A DNA stretch of 64,000 nt from Eledone cirrhosa (taxonomy: Eukaryota). Within the stretch, counting starts at the first letter, position 1, and each line of letters starts with the position of its first letter. The stretch is from contig OZ024742.1 in assembly GCA_964016885.1 (NCBI GenBank), positions 207,576,001 to 207,640,000 on the forward strand, written 5' to 3'. Under the pieces are notes generated by a model. The model was not told where the DNA came from. It saw only the letters and a list, made by a program, of their open reading frames with translations, and did no database searches. Shown here in pieces: positions 51,959 to 64,000 of the stretch. The position numbers were made by a program, and so were the translations under genes.

Positions 51959-52145
51959 AAATAACAGATTAAAGTTTAAGCAAAGAATCGCTGCTTTCAT
52001 CCTTAACGGGATCTTCTGAAACTAAAATAATTAATTTGTGAACGCAGAAGTAAATATGTCGAACAGATTGATTTTTTAGTTTCAGAAGATCCCGCTAAGG
52101 GTGAAAGCATCGATTATTTGCTTAAACTTTAATCTGTTATTTTAA
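51959..52145. repeat. Fold-back copy (~70-bp arms) of the CAGAAGA HHR-like family
   Basis: aataacagattaaag...ctgaaactaaaa and its reverse complement flank a ~45-nt spacer. Confidence 0.85.
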
Positions 52146-52324
52146 TAAAAAAAATTATATATATATATATAAAGAAAAAAAAATATATATATATATTGAG
52201 TATATGTTGGTTGTTTACCGACACCTCAGTATGCAGAATGAAGCACTCGACGAAGTACGCAGGTTGGTTTGGTTACTCCGGAGTAATGTAAAATAAAGTA
52301 ATTAAGTCAAATATGTAAAATTTG

Positions 52325-52619
52325 GCTTCGTTTATTAAATATGTACTGCTATATATATTTCGGTGACAGCCATCATTGGCTGTGACCTCTTCAGGCAGTC
52401 CGAATTGGTGTGGTAGGAACTGGAATCATATGATTCCAGTTCCTCAGAGAAATAACAACCCAACCAGGAGCTGGACATATCGGAGTATTGACGGAGTAAA
52501 ACACTTTAACAATATGTGTACCTGTCTCTACCACACCAATTCGGACTGCCTGAAGAGGTTACAGCCAATGATGGATGTCACCGAAATATATATAGCAGTA
52601 CATATTTAATAAACGAAGC
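52325..52619. mobile_element. Fold-back element with ~90-bp arms, each containing an HHR
   Basis: 52325-52416 and 52528-52619 are reverse complements. Confidence 0.85.
52545..52599 (+). ncRNA. Type I hammerhead ribozyme (mirror copy at 52345-52399 minus)
   Basis: ACUGC-CUGAAGA-GGU u ACAGCCA auga UGGAUGU c ACC-GAAA-UAUAUA-UA-GCAGU. The mirror copy has a fully paired ACAGCCA/UGGCUGU helix. Confidence 0.88.
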
Positions 52620-52621
52620 AT

Positions 52622-53293
52622 TAGAGACAAGATACTTCAGCCTAGGGAGAGCAATAACTAAAATAAGTTATTGGGATATAAAATGGGGGTTAGAGAGAAA
52701 AAAATGTAAACAGACATGAAAGGTGATGCAACTTAAAGAGAGGAAAAATATCAAGTCAACAACTCTTTTCGAACATTAGTTCTGGCGAGTTTGACGAGAG
52801 AAAAAAAAGATATGTCTTCACTGTAGCAGTGTGAGCGTGAGAAGAGACTGCTTGTAGTGGCGGACGAGGGAGGAAGTGAGCTAGCGAAGAGAGGCTGACT
52901 ATCAGAGAGGGAATGAGTGAAAGTAAGAGGAAGCGAGAACGAGATAGTTATAGTGGCAGGCTAGCCGAGAGAAGGTGACTAGCAGAGGGGGTGAGCGAAA
53001 GTAAGAGGGAGAAGGAGAGAGAAGAGAGTGAGAGAGGATAGCAATAAGGGGAGAGAAAAGACGGGTCACAGCGGAGAAGGAAACTTATATGAATAAAATG
53101 GCGGACTGTGTGGTTGCATTAATGTATAATGAAAATAAAAGTTACGGGCGGAAGAGGGTAATATCCATCGTGAGTTGTCTGCTAGGAATCATAGGTATTT
53201 TTTCGCGTTCGAGACAAGATACGTCAGCCTAGGGTGAGCAATAACTAAAATAAGTTTTTGGGATAAAAAAGGGGGAGAGAGAGAAAAAAAATG
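52622..53293 (-). repeat. Element with ~85-bp terminal direct repeats (period ~588 bp) and a purine-rich plus-strand interior
   Basis: gagacaagatac.tcagcctaggg.gagcaataactaaaataagtt occurs at about 52624 and 53212. Confidence 0.7.
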
Positions 53294-53336
53294 TGTGAGT
53301 GTGTGTGTGTGTGTATGTGTATGCGTGTGCGTGTGT

Positions 53337-53373
<37 letters not shown>

Positions 53374-53774
53374 CAAAGTACATATATATATATATATAAA
53401 ACCGTAGACCAAATATCTATATTAAGAACAGATTAAAGTTTAAGCAAAGAATCGCTGCTTTCACCCTTAACGGGATCTTCTGAAACTAAAAGAATCAACC
53501 TATAGACGCAGAAGTAAATATTTCGAAATACGTTACAACTGAAGGAAAACAGGAAGACGATACTTTGGTTCATGAAGACATTCCCTGGCAATGAACGGGG
53601 AAAAAGCGAGGATAATTATGTCGTTATGTGGAGCGAGAAGAACAATTTTTTGCAAAGACCAAAGTTCTTGCAAAAACCAAATTTATGGTATAAAAGTAGT
53701 CAGTAGGCTAATATTCTATTTAGAATATTAGCCTAATGACTAATTCGGAATTTGAGAATAATGAATATAATAAT

Positions 53775-53960
53775 TAATTGATTCTACTTTAGGCACAAGG
53801 CCAGCAATAACACAGTGCATTACTGGTACTTTATTTTATCGACCCCATAAGGATGAAAAGCAAAGTCAACCTCGGCGGGATTTGAACTCAGACCGTAACG
53901 GGACGTAACTATGCTGGAGAGCATGGCGTCCAGACCTCTACCGATACTGCCAATCCACCA
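53775..53960 (-). mobile_element. SINE copy
   Basis: Full reverse-complement match to the consensus. Confidence 0.9.
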
Positions 53961-54565
53961 TAATAAATAATGAATGAATATTACATAATGTATGTACTAA
54001 ATTTCGTAACTCTTGATTAAATATAAATAATGTTATTGCTTATTTAAAAGTTCACTTCTTTAAAATTTTCATATGTCCCTTCCGGATAGCGCCCGTTATA
54101 TTATAAGACTTATAAAAACATCGCATATATTTCCGTCGCTAATTTTCTCCTAATGCAGTTTATATATAATATCGTCTTTTTTAAATGCATCATGGATTAC
54201 TTTACTGATTGCAGAAGAGTGTAACACAGACTCTCTTCAATTTCTGTGGATATTGTCAATTACGATTTTATTTGATATATTATATCTACATGCATATATA
54301 TTTGCGTATAATATCAATATGCATACTACACATGTTAGCAGAAAACCACCCGAAGCGTGGTTTTTCTACTAGTAATATAAAAAAATAAATAATGATGAGA
54401 ACATTAAAGTATTGTTATAAGATTTAGGCCCGTGCATACATACACATACATATACACATACAGACATACATATATATACACACATACACATACACACGCA
54501 TATACACACATACAACACACACACACACACATAGACACACACACACCCACACACACACACACACG

Positions 54566-54699
<134 letters not shown>

Positions 54700-54734
54700 G
54701 TTATGTAATAAACAACATAAAATAATTATTTCAT

Positions 54735-55892
54735 TTACCAGTGGTTTCTTGAAGGCAGATGTAATACCAGGGTAAATGTATTCCCGAATCTATTGTGTAT
54801 GACGCCAATTTGACACCGATGATTAATAACCAGCCAGCCAGGAGTGAACGATATGTTGGCATGACTCAGGACAGATTTAAAACCAGGTACTATGCACATG
54901 TTACTTCTTTCAAACACCCTGAAAAAAGAACAGCAACGAAGCTGGCAAATAAAGTGTGGGAGTTTAAAGACAAAAACATTCCGGACACTATTGATTGGTC
55001 TATTTCAGACCATTCAAGAGAATACCAAAGGGGCACAAAGAAATGTTCTTTGTGTACTACAGAAAAATTTTGAATTCTCCAAAACTTGAAAACCCCTCCC
55101 ACATGTCTCAACTCTAAGACCGAGATCTTTAGATGTTGTCCGCACCTGAAATCGCATCTACTTTTTAACTGGATTAACAAACCAACGATTACTCAACCAC
55201 CTTGAGCTTCTTCTTTACTTATCACGCCTTCCACTCACTACCAATATCATTAACTTATGAACACATACTTTCCACCAATATATACATCTTCTCCCTCATC
55301 TCTTTCTATATATTTCTTTATTTTTTTATAATTTTTTTATTCTTTCATTTTTTATTTTTTCATTTGACTTATAATCCCCCCCCCCCACATTCTACCATAC
55401 CTTTAACACATACACACCCACCACCTTCATCTTCTACCCAGATCACTTTTTAACTATATACCCTTATCCAGATCTCATCACAAAAATATCACTCTAGTAC
55501 AACTTTTACACCCCTTTTCTCTCTCACCTGTTCTTAATAATTGTTTTTATTATTTTATTTCAGTTTTACTCCCTCTTGTCCTTACAAAAGGTCATATGTG
55601 AGCGCATATACTTATGTGTACATACATATATAGGTGTTTTTATTATTTATATGTATGTGTGTGTGTATGTGTGTGTGCGTGTATGTATATATATATATGT
55701 GTATATATATATGTATGTGTGTGTATATATATGTCCCAAGCCTCTGATACCATCAACACTATAAACACTGAGCTGGCATAACTAAGAACTGACTAACTGC
55801 CTGATGAGGTCATAGCCATTCAATGGCTATCATCGAAATATATATAGCAGTAAATAAAGGATTATGAGTTCACGCAATTGACTTATGTTTCG

Positions 55893-55895
<3 letters not shown>
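54735..55895 (+). mobile_element. Penelope-like element 3' end: GIY-YIG endonuclease fragment, pyrimidine-rich UTR and HHR, flanked by (TA)n
   Basis: SIVYDA...RYVGMTQDRFKTRYYAHVTSFKH...TKLANKVWEFK...CSLCTTEK*...LNSKTEIFRCCPH is the PLE GIY-YIG signature. HHR at 55796. Confidence 0.85.
55796..55851 (+). ncRNA. Type I hammerhead ribozyme
   Basis: ACUGC-CUGAUGA-GGU c AUAGCCA uucaa UGGCUAU c AUC-GAAA-UAUAUA-UA-GCAGU. Confidence 0.88.
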
Positions 55896-55937
<42 letters not shown>

Positions 55938-56077
55938 GTATGTATATGTAAGTTTGTATATATATATACGTGTGTATATATGTGTGTATATATATGTGTG
56001 TGTGTATGTATAGCGGCATGTGTGTGTGTGTGTATATATTTACATATACATGTGTGTGTATATATATATTTATATAG

Positions 56078-56905
56078 TATATATCCCTACACGCAAAAAA
56101 CGAATAGGGACACATGTATTATCCAACCATATGCCAATGTGGTTCAATGGCAGGTTAATAAATTAACTAGCCAGAACATATATAATCAAGGTTTAGCAAA
56201 TAAGAAAAAGATTCAAAATAAATTTCAAAAAATTCACTGTACTTACTATGGTCACATTTACCGAATCGTTTTCGAGTCTCAAAAATAAATGGATAGTCCT
56301 TGCGGGCTTACATTGAAAAGATGAACTCTCGTCAGAAGGTTCTTTTCACTCGGAGAATATAAAATTCCCGAGTTCAAATTACGAACTGGCGCTATTCAAA
56401 ATTGTTCCCGAGATGAGAATGAATGATGTGGCTCGTTAATTTATTAACCTGCCATTGAACATATGGTTGGATAATACATGTGTCCCTATTCGTGTTTTGC
56501 GTGTAGGGATATATACTTTTTTATTATTACTAATCTCCCTCTAGTCGAGATGAAATTTGGTCGTTTTGACTACTGCTATTTATAGTGGTACTAGATTGAC
56601 CTTCTTGCCTCTCCCTTCTATCTTTGCACACGGCACTGGGCAGAATTGCTTTCACATCATTCATTCTCATCGCGGGAACAATTTTGAATAGCGACAGTTC
56701 GTAATTTGAACTCCGTAATTTTATATTCTCCCAGTGAAAAGAACCTTCTGACGAGAGTTTATCTTTTCAATGGAAGCCCGCAGTGATTATCCATTTACTT
56801 TTGAGATTCGAAACCGATTCGGTAAAGGTAACCATAGTAAGTACGGTGAATTTTTTGAAATTTATTTTGAAACTTTTTCTTATTTGCTAAACCTTGATTA
56901 TATAT
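56078..56905. mobile_element. Element with two interleaved inverted-repeat pairs, containing mirrored HHRs
   Basis: A 56078-56173 pairs with A' 56429-56515; B' 56178-56430 pairs with B 56654-56905. Confidence 0.8.
56743..56829 (+). ncRNA. Type I hammerhead ribozyme with long stem II domain (mutated mirror at about 56254-56340 minus)
   Basis: ACCUU-CUGACGA-GAGU...(about 47 nt)...AUUC-GAAA-CCG auu CGG-UA-AAGGU. Confidence 0.82.
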
Positions 56906-56930
56906 TTATATATGTACATATGTGTATATG

Positions 56931-57062
<132 letters not shown>

Positions 57063-57620
57063 AAACGGAAAAAATGAAACGAATTTTCATTTCTCACTCT
57101 TAGTACGGCTGTTACTTAAATATAAGTATGTATACGTACATACATATATGTATACAGGCGTACAGTAGTATGTATATGTATACATACATGCACACATATA
57201 TATATGTACGTATGGATTCACCAAACATTTATTATAATGCTCGGTGTGTTTGTAAACAAACATCCCGAATTAAGCCGATTAACTCATTCGATATGCAAAT
57301 TAGGCTGCTCAGCCGTTAATATGCATAATGAAAGTATATACTTTCAGACGTTCAATTATCTGGCAGGAAGGTATACGTTGCTGACGATAGCTAATAAGCT
57401 TGAAAATAGGACAGCGTTCCTTTGTCAGTGTTGAACAAATGAGCAACGATGGTTGCTAGTCACTGTACGGCTTAATTCGGGATGTTTGTTTACAAACACA
57501 CCGAGCATTATAATAAATGTTCGGTGAATCCATACGTACATATATATATGTGTGCATGTATGTATATATATATACATACTACTGTACGTCTGTATACATA
57601 TATGTATATACGTATACATA

Positions 57621-57625
<5 letters not shown>
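57063..57625 (+). mobile_element. Rearranged diverged copy of the ~460-bp HHR family, with ~150-bp inverted arms
   Basis: 57125-57277 and 57468-57622 are reverse complements. The centre has ATGCAAAT (57293) and CGUUG-CUGACGA-uAGCU aaua AGCUu-GAAA (57376-57405) with a mutated stem III. Confidence 0.8.
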
Positions 57626-57677
<52 letters not shown>

Positions 57678-58132
57678 ATGTCTATGTATATGTTTTTGTA
57701 TATATGTGTATATATGTGTGTATGGATTTACGTGTATGTGTTTTTTGTATGTGGATGTGTGTGTATATGTATGTATGTATGTGTATGTATATATAAGTGT
57801 GTATATGCGTGTATATATGTATATAAATGTATATATGTATGCAGATGTATATGTATGTGTACGTATATTTATTTTATATATATACACATATATGTGTGTG
57901 TTTGTATGTGTGTATAGGTATATAATCATGTATATGTGTATATGTGCAGATATATGTATATATATATATGTATATGCATATCGTGTGTATTTGTTTATTT
58001 TTAAGTTGTTTTTTATTTATTTCCCCCTCCTCACACACACTCACACCTTTCGTTGTCAACACGTCCCCTTTTTGACTTTATTTTGATATTGATTTTGTTT
58101 TTTACTCTCTTATATATATATATATATATATA

Positions 58133-58838
58133 TACAAACAAATAATCGAGAATCGAAATCTCAGCCCATGAAATCAGGAAACACAATCTTCGAAATGTGT
58201 GGCAGAGGCCTCAATAGTTTGTGTAAACCAGAGCTATAACTATCGTTAAAATACAATGCTTAAAATCATTCGCACAGCCGAAAAAACGACCAGGAAAATT
58301 CGGGTCAAACAATTAATAAATTAATAAATTAATAAATTAAATGAATGTAAAATCTTACCCGGACCCGCTAGAAAGATGTTAAAATCTAGCTTTATGGGTT
58401 TCTGCAGTTCCATAATCAATTACCGTCGGCCCACATAAAAATTATATCTGACTTCTAGTAAAGAGATGAACGAGGAAGCTGCTTTCTCAACAGGCATTAC
58501 GTTCAGAAATATAGAGACTCCCTTCCCGCTACTAAATGCACACGGAGTCAGCAAGGGAGGGAACCCTATAATAAGCGAATGAATTCAGTAAAGTGTATAT
58601 TTATGTAAAAATGCAAAATATCACATATCGAATTAGAGTTCTCAACAGACGTGTTAAAATTAACAAGAACTATTCATCAGTCAATAAGATTAACTAAAAA
58701 ATCAATAAAATTAACTGGTCAATAGATAAAGACTGGAGATAAATACAAATAAATAATCGAGAATCGAAATCTCAGCCCACGAAATCACGAAACACAATCT
58801 TCGAAATGTGTGGCAGAGGGCTCAATAGTTTGGGTAAA

Positions 58839-58842
<4 letters not shown>
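58133..58842. repeat. (TA)-flanked element with ~95-bp terminal direct repeats (period 611 bp)
   Basis: aataatcgagaatcgaaatctcagccc...ctcaatagtttg at 58141 and 58752. Confidence 0.8.
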
Positions 58843-58913
<71 letters not shown>

Positions 58914-59279
58914 ATTTTTTGTTCTTTTTTATTTATTTAGTTTTTCTTGCCTCTAAACTACTTCCTGTATTTGTGTGTACATTTTTGAGTGCATATATAT
59001 CTGTATATATGTATGTGTATGTATTTATGTTCCTGTCCGTATTTCTATATAGACGCAAATACGCTTATGTTAGAAAGTATACGTCTATGTACTATTAGGT
59101 ATATGCGCGTAGTTGAGTGTGTGTATGTTTATGTTCTGGATATTTATTTATACTTTTATATATATATATTTTTATATTTTTTCCCCTATTTCCTTTTCAC
59201 CCGTTTTTTTCATCCTCAATTTCATATTTCCTAAATTTTGTTGTCAAATCCATATTTAATAAAAACACCATGATTTTTA

Positions 59280-59340
59280 TTCAGTCTGACGACTGAAGAC
59301 AAACGCACCATCTGCCTTCAAGAAACCACTGGTAAATGAA
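59280..59340 (+). ncRNA. Type I hammerhead motif
   Basis: UUCAgU-CUGACGA-cUGAAG...CUUCAa-GAAA-CC acu GG-UA-AaUGAA, downstream of a pyrimidine-rich tract between (TA)n runs. Confidence 0.65.
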
Positions 59341-59456
59341 ATAATTATCTTATGTTGTTTATTATATAACTAATAAGCTCTGTAGCCTACATAGAGCACT
59401 CTTTTTTCCTGTACCTTTCCCACGTAAATACTTCATCATTCACACACACACACACA

Positions 59457-59535
<79 letters not shown>

Positions 59536-59904
59536 CTCGGAATTTGCGTTACGTTTCGCATTTTCTACCCGCCGAACTGCGATTCTCGCTGAATTTATAT
59601 TTATATATATATACACAGATAAATCCATCAATTAATGGTAGGGTCTAAGCTGTATGAAGAACTCAATGTAATCCGTATGTAGAAGATGTCGTGAAGCAAA
59701 GTTTATAATACAAAATGTCAACGATATAATTCAGTGGATACAGATCAATAATAGAATGGATACATAGATACATAGATCAATAATTGGATGTCCATACGGG
59801 GAACTATCCCGCCAAAACGATCATAAAATAATGAGTTTTACTATGAATTAACCGTTTTTTGTTTAATTTCATTGTTTTCACTATTTGTATTTAAATATAT
59901 ATAT

Positions 59905-59965
59905 ATATATATATAAGTATCTGTGTATACGTACATACATATATGTATACAGACGTACAGTAGCA

Positions 59966-60046
<81 letters not shown>

Positions 60047-60522
60047 GTACACATACATATATGCACGTATCAGTTTAGCGGACGCTTATTATAACGCCGC
60101 TTTGTTCGTTTGTAAACAAACTGAACAGCCTGAATTGTTATGCCGTACGGTGTTAAGGCAACCACGTCACCTTTTTGTTCAACACTGACACAGGAACGAT
60201 GTACTAGTTTCAAGCTTGTTAGCTATCATCAGCACCGTATACCCATCTGCCAGATAGTTGAACGTTCGAAAGTATATACTTTCCTTATGAAAATTAACGG
60301 CTGAGCAGCCTAATTTGCATATCGAGTGAGCTAAGTCGGTCAGGCATACCGAAAACGATAAGTTGAAATAAAATGAAAACGAAATTTCATTTCTCACTCT
60401 TAGTACGGCACTTACTTAAATGTAAGTATGTGTGTATAGCACACTCGATATACAAAGCGAGCAAAGCGGCGTTATAATAAGCGTCCGCTAAACTGATACG
60501 TGCATATATGTATATGTACCTG

Positions 60523-60553
<31 letters not shown>

Positions 60554-60599
60554 GTGTATACTCTTTTACTCTTTTACCTGTTTCAGCCATCCGGCTGAG

Positions 60600-60674
<75 letters not shown>

Positions 60675-61562
60675 GCTACTGTACGTCCGTATACATATAT
60701 GTATGTACGTATACACACATACTTACATTTAAGTAAGTGCCGTACTAAGAGTGAGAAATGAAATTTCGTTTTCATTTTATTTCAACTTATCGTTTTCGGT
60801 ATGCCTGACCGACTTAGCCCACTCGATATGCAAATTAGGCTGCTCGGCCGTTAATTTTCATAAGGAAAGTATATACTTTCGAACGTTCAACTATCTGGCA
60901 GATGGGTATACGGTGCTGATGATAGCTAACAAGCTTGAAACTAGTACATCGTTCCTGTGTCAGTGTTGAACAAAAAGGTGACGTGGTTGCCTTAACACCG
61001 TATGGCATAAACATTCAGGCTGTTCAGTTTGTTTACAAACGAACAAAGCGGCGTTATTATAAGCGTCCGCTAAACTGATACGTGCATATATGTATGTGTA
61101 CCTGTATGTATATACATATATATATATATATGCATGCTACTGTACGTCTGTATACATATATGTATGTACGTATACACACATACTTACATTTAAGTAAGTG
61201 CCGTACTAAGAGTGAGAAATGAAATTTTGTTTTCATTTTATTTCAACTTATCGTTTTCGGTATGCCCGACCGACTTAGCTCACTCGATATGCAAATTAGG
61301 CTGCTCAGCCGTTAATTTTCATAAGGAAAGTATATACTTTCGAACGTTCAACTATCTGGCAGATGGGTATACGGTGCTGATGATAGCTAACAAGCTTGAA
61401 ACCACTACATTTTTCCTGTGTCAGTGTTGAACAAAAAGGTGACGTGGTTGCCTTAACACCGTACGGCATAAAAATTCAGGCTGTTCAGTTTGTTTACAAA
61501 CGAACAAAGCGGCGTTATAATAAGCATCCACTAAACTGATACGTGCATATATGTATGTGTAC

Positions 61563-61631
<69 letters not shown>

Positions 61632-61745
61632 TGCTACTGTACGTCTGTATACATATATGTATGTACGTATACACACATACTTACATTTAAGTAAGTGCCG
61701 TACTAAGAGTGAGAAATGAAATTTCGTTTTCATTTTATTTCAACA
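59905..61745. mobile_element. Inverted plus tandem array of a ~461-bp HHR-bearing unit (retrozyme-like or PLE pLTR-like)
   Basis: One minus-strand unit (about 59905-60435), two plus-strand units (offset 461 bp: 60751 vs 61212) and partial copies, punctuated by (TA)n. Confidence 0.85.
60911..60951 (+). ncRNA. Minimal type I hammerhead ribozyme (identical copy at 60197-60237 minus; mutated copy at 61372-61412 plus)
   Basis: CGGUG-CUGAUGA-uAGCU aaca AGCUu-GAAA-CUAG-UA-CAUCG; palindromic stem III ACUAGU, GUA triplet. Confidence 0.85.
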
Positions 61746-61754
61746 TATATATAT

Positions 61755-61843
<89 letters not shown>

Positions 61844-62505
61844 TATATGTAAATATTCAATCACATATATTATTATTTGTTTGACCCGAATTACTTGGTT
61901 GTTTTTATGGCTGTGCGGATGATTGTTTCACCATCGTGTTTGGCCTTTAACGTATGTTGTAGCTCTGGTTCATCTGAATCATTGAGCGCTTGCCACACAT
62001 CTCGGAAGTTGTTTTTCGTTAATTCCTAACCCGAAATACGACTCTCGCTAATTTATATATATATATATATATATATAATTTCAGCGAGATCTTATTTCGG
62101 CATATATATATATATATATCGAGAAGAGCCGAGACCTCATTTGCTTATTGTCAGATCTGACCAAGGAAACATCGTTTCCTTTGGTCCTTCCAATTGTTAA
62201 TATCATCTACCGGTCGCAACTACAGGTAGAAGGAGTTATGTGGAAAAACGTGTCTTTCTGAAGGGCATAACGCATCACCCGATTCGGAAATCGTGCTCAG
62301 AGCCTTATAATTTAGCCACATAACTTTACATTTGTTTCTACCGTAGAGCGTCCGATAGGCACCATATGCGTGGTATTGGAAATACTTTTTTAACTACCAA
62401 TAACCACACACACACACATACACACAAGCAGAAACACACACACACATAAATGCACACAAATACACACACATACACTCAAGCAGAAACACACACACATATA
62501 TGCAC

Positions 62506-62536
<31 letters not shown>

Positions 62537-62541
62537 GACAG

Positions 62542-62611
<70 letters not shown>

Positions 62612-62886
62612 TTAGATGTGTGTACATATGTATGTAGAATAAATATATATACTGATGCGATAAACATATTACTCTGTAGACAGAATCGTAATGATTATCT
62701 CTGATCAAGAGGCAGAAAAACACCGAAATACTCCAGAGTTATCTTTCATGGTTTTCTGTGTTAATAGGAAATAGTGTTTACACTTCATTCTTTTCACATC
62801 AGGACTTCTATTTAAAGAAACTGTAGTTACATCAACATAGGATTTAACTTAATCTTCTAAATTAAATTGTTCCAGCATCATTATAC

Positions 62887-63006
<120 letters not shown>

Positions 63007-63104
63007 CACCACACACACATACGCTCACACTCACACGCACGCACACGTGAAACGAATAAAACGAAGTTTAAATATGAAACCATAGAAGCAAACAAATTCT
63101 TAAT

Positions 63105-63215
63105 AATTAATTGTTTCTACTTTAGGCACAAAGCCAGTATTTAACCAGTACATTACTGGTACTTTATTTTATCGACCTCGTAAGGATGAAAGGCAAAGTT
63201 AACCTCAGCGGGATT
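63105..63215 (-). mobile_element. SINE 3' half
   Basis: Reverse-complement match to the consensus. Confidence 0.85.
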
Positions 63216-64000
63216 CTTAATTATTAATGAACGTAAAACATATATAAATGAAAAAGAAATACATAAACAATCTTATTTAAATATAAACAATACGAAGTCA
63301 TTGCAATCCGAGAACTCCTGAATTCGTATTTTTGTTGCATTTTTTGAATACTGGTATGGTTGGAAGTGTTAATATTTGTGGGTGCGGATGATTATAATTT
63401 TTATATGGTTTTTCATGAAGATTGTGATGGATAATGCTTATAGTGCTGTTGGTGGAGGAATAGTGTAGTTGAGTAGTTGATAGTGTTGTTGGTATTAATT
63501 GTGAGATTGATTGAGGCGAGTATAGTGTTAGTGGTGATTATACTGAGGCTACGACTACTACTACTACTACTACTACTACTATTACCACCACCACCCCACC
63601 ACCACCATAACCATCATAACCACCACCACTATCACTCTTAATACTACCACTCTCATTACTAGTCCAGATACCCCCTCGGCGTGAAACAGAATACTTCAAG
63701 TTAACGCTAACACATATAATTCAAGGATCGTGAGAAATGCTAACTATAAATATGCAAAGAGAGTGAAAAGGAAATTAGTCAATAACTAATATTTTTTATG
63801 CGGTTTCCGTAACTGCAAAGTCTTCACACAATTCCGCTCTTATTTTAATCTTCCTAATGAAGCATAGATTTGCAATGATCAATGCAGTAAATTATCTAAT
63901 CCCACCTCTTTAAAAATTATTGTTGTTGTTGCATCACATGTCATATCTAACGTAGGAGCAAAGGCATTCCATATATACTGGAGTTTGGTCCATAACTCCT

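Noticed and set aside
60179-61430. Repeated 72-aa ORF ([12 protein letters not shown]...)
   Set aside because: GTG start, no recognisable domain, overlaps the HHR, and no equivalent ORF appears in the 9.4 kb relative; treated as incidental.
59905-61745. CRISPR-like array
   Set aside because: Units are ~460 bp with no short repeat-unique spacer pattern, there are no cas genes, and the context is eukaryotic.

Overview
AT-rich, microsatellite-dense eukaryotic DNA with no confidently recognisable host gene. The SINE family, RTE/Tx1/R4/CRE/Penelope remnants and abundant (TA)n/(CA)n resemble an octopod cephalopod genome (inference). The window is mostly retroelement remnants: decayed RTE LINEs, one 5'-truncated RTE with an intact 528-aa RT ORF carrying an inserted PHD-type finger, two Tx1/L1-like elements, R4/Dong and CRE fragments, a Tc1/mariner relic, Penelope-like (GIY-YIG) 3' ends and about 15 copies of one tRNA-derived SINE. 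The most notable signal is invisible in the ORF track. Reading by eye, I find about 20 type I hammerhead-ribozyme (HHR) motifs from roughly 10 distinct sequence families. They sit in short non-coding units next to (TA)n tracts, often as fold-back inverted repeats. One family has a ~460-bp unit (HHR with palindromic stem III plus a conserved ATGCAAAT octamer), present at three loci including a tandem/inverted array at 59.9-61.7 kb. It looks like a retrozyme-like or Penelope pLTR-derived element. All alignments and folds were done by eye; boundaries are approximate.
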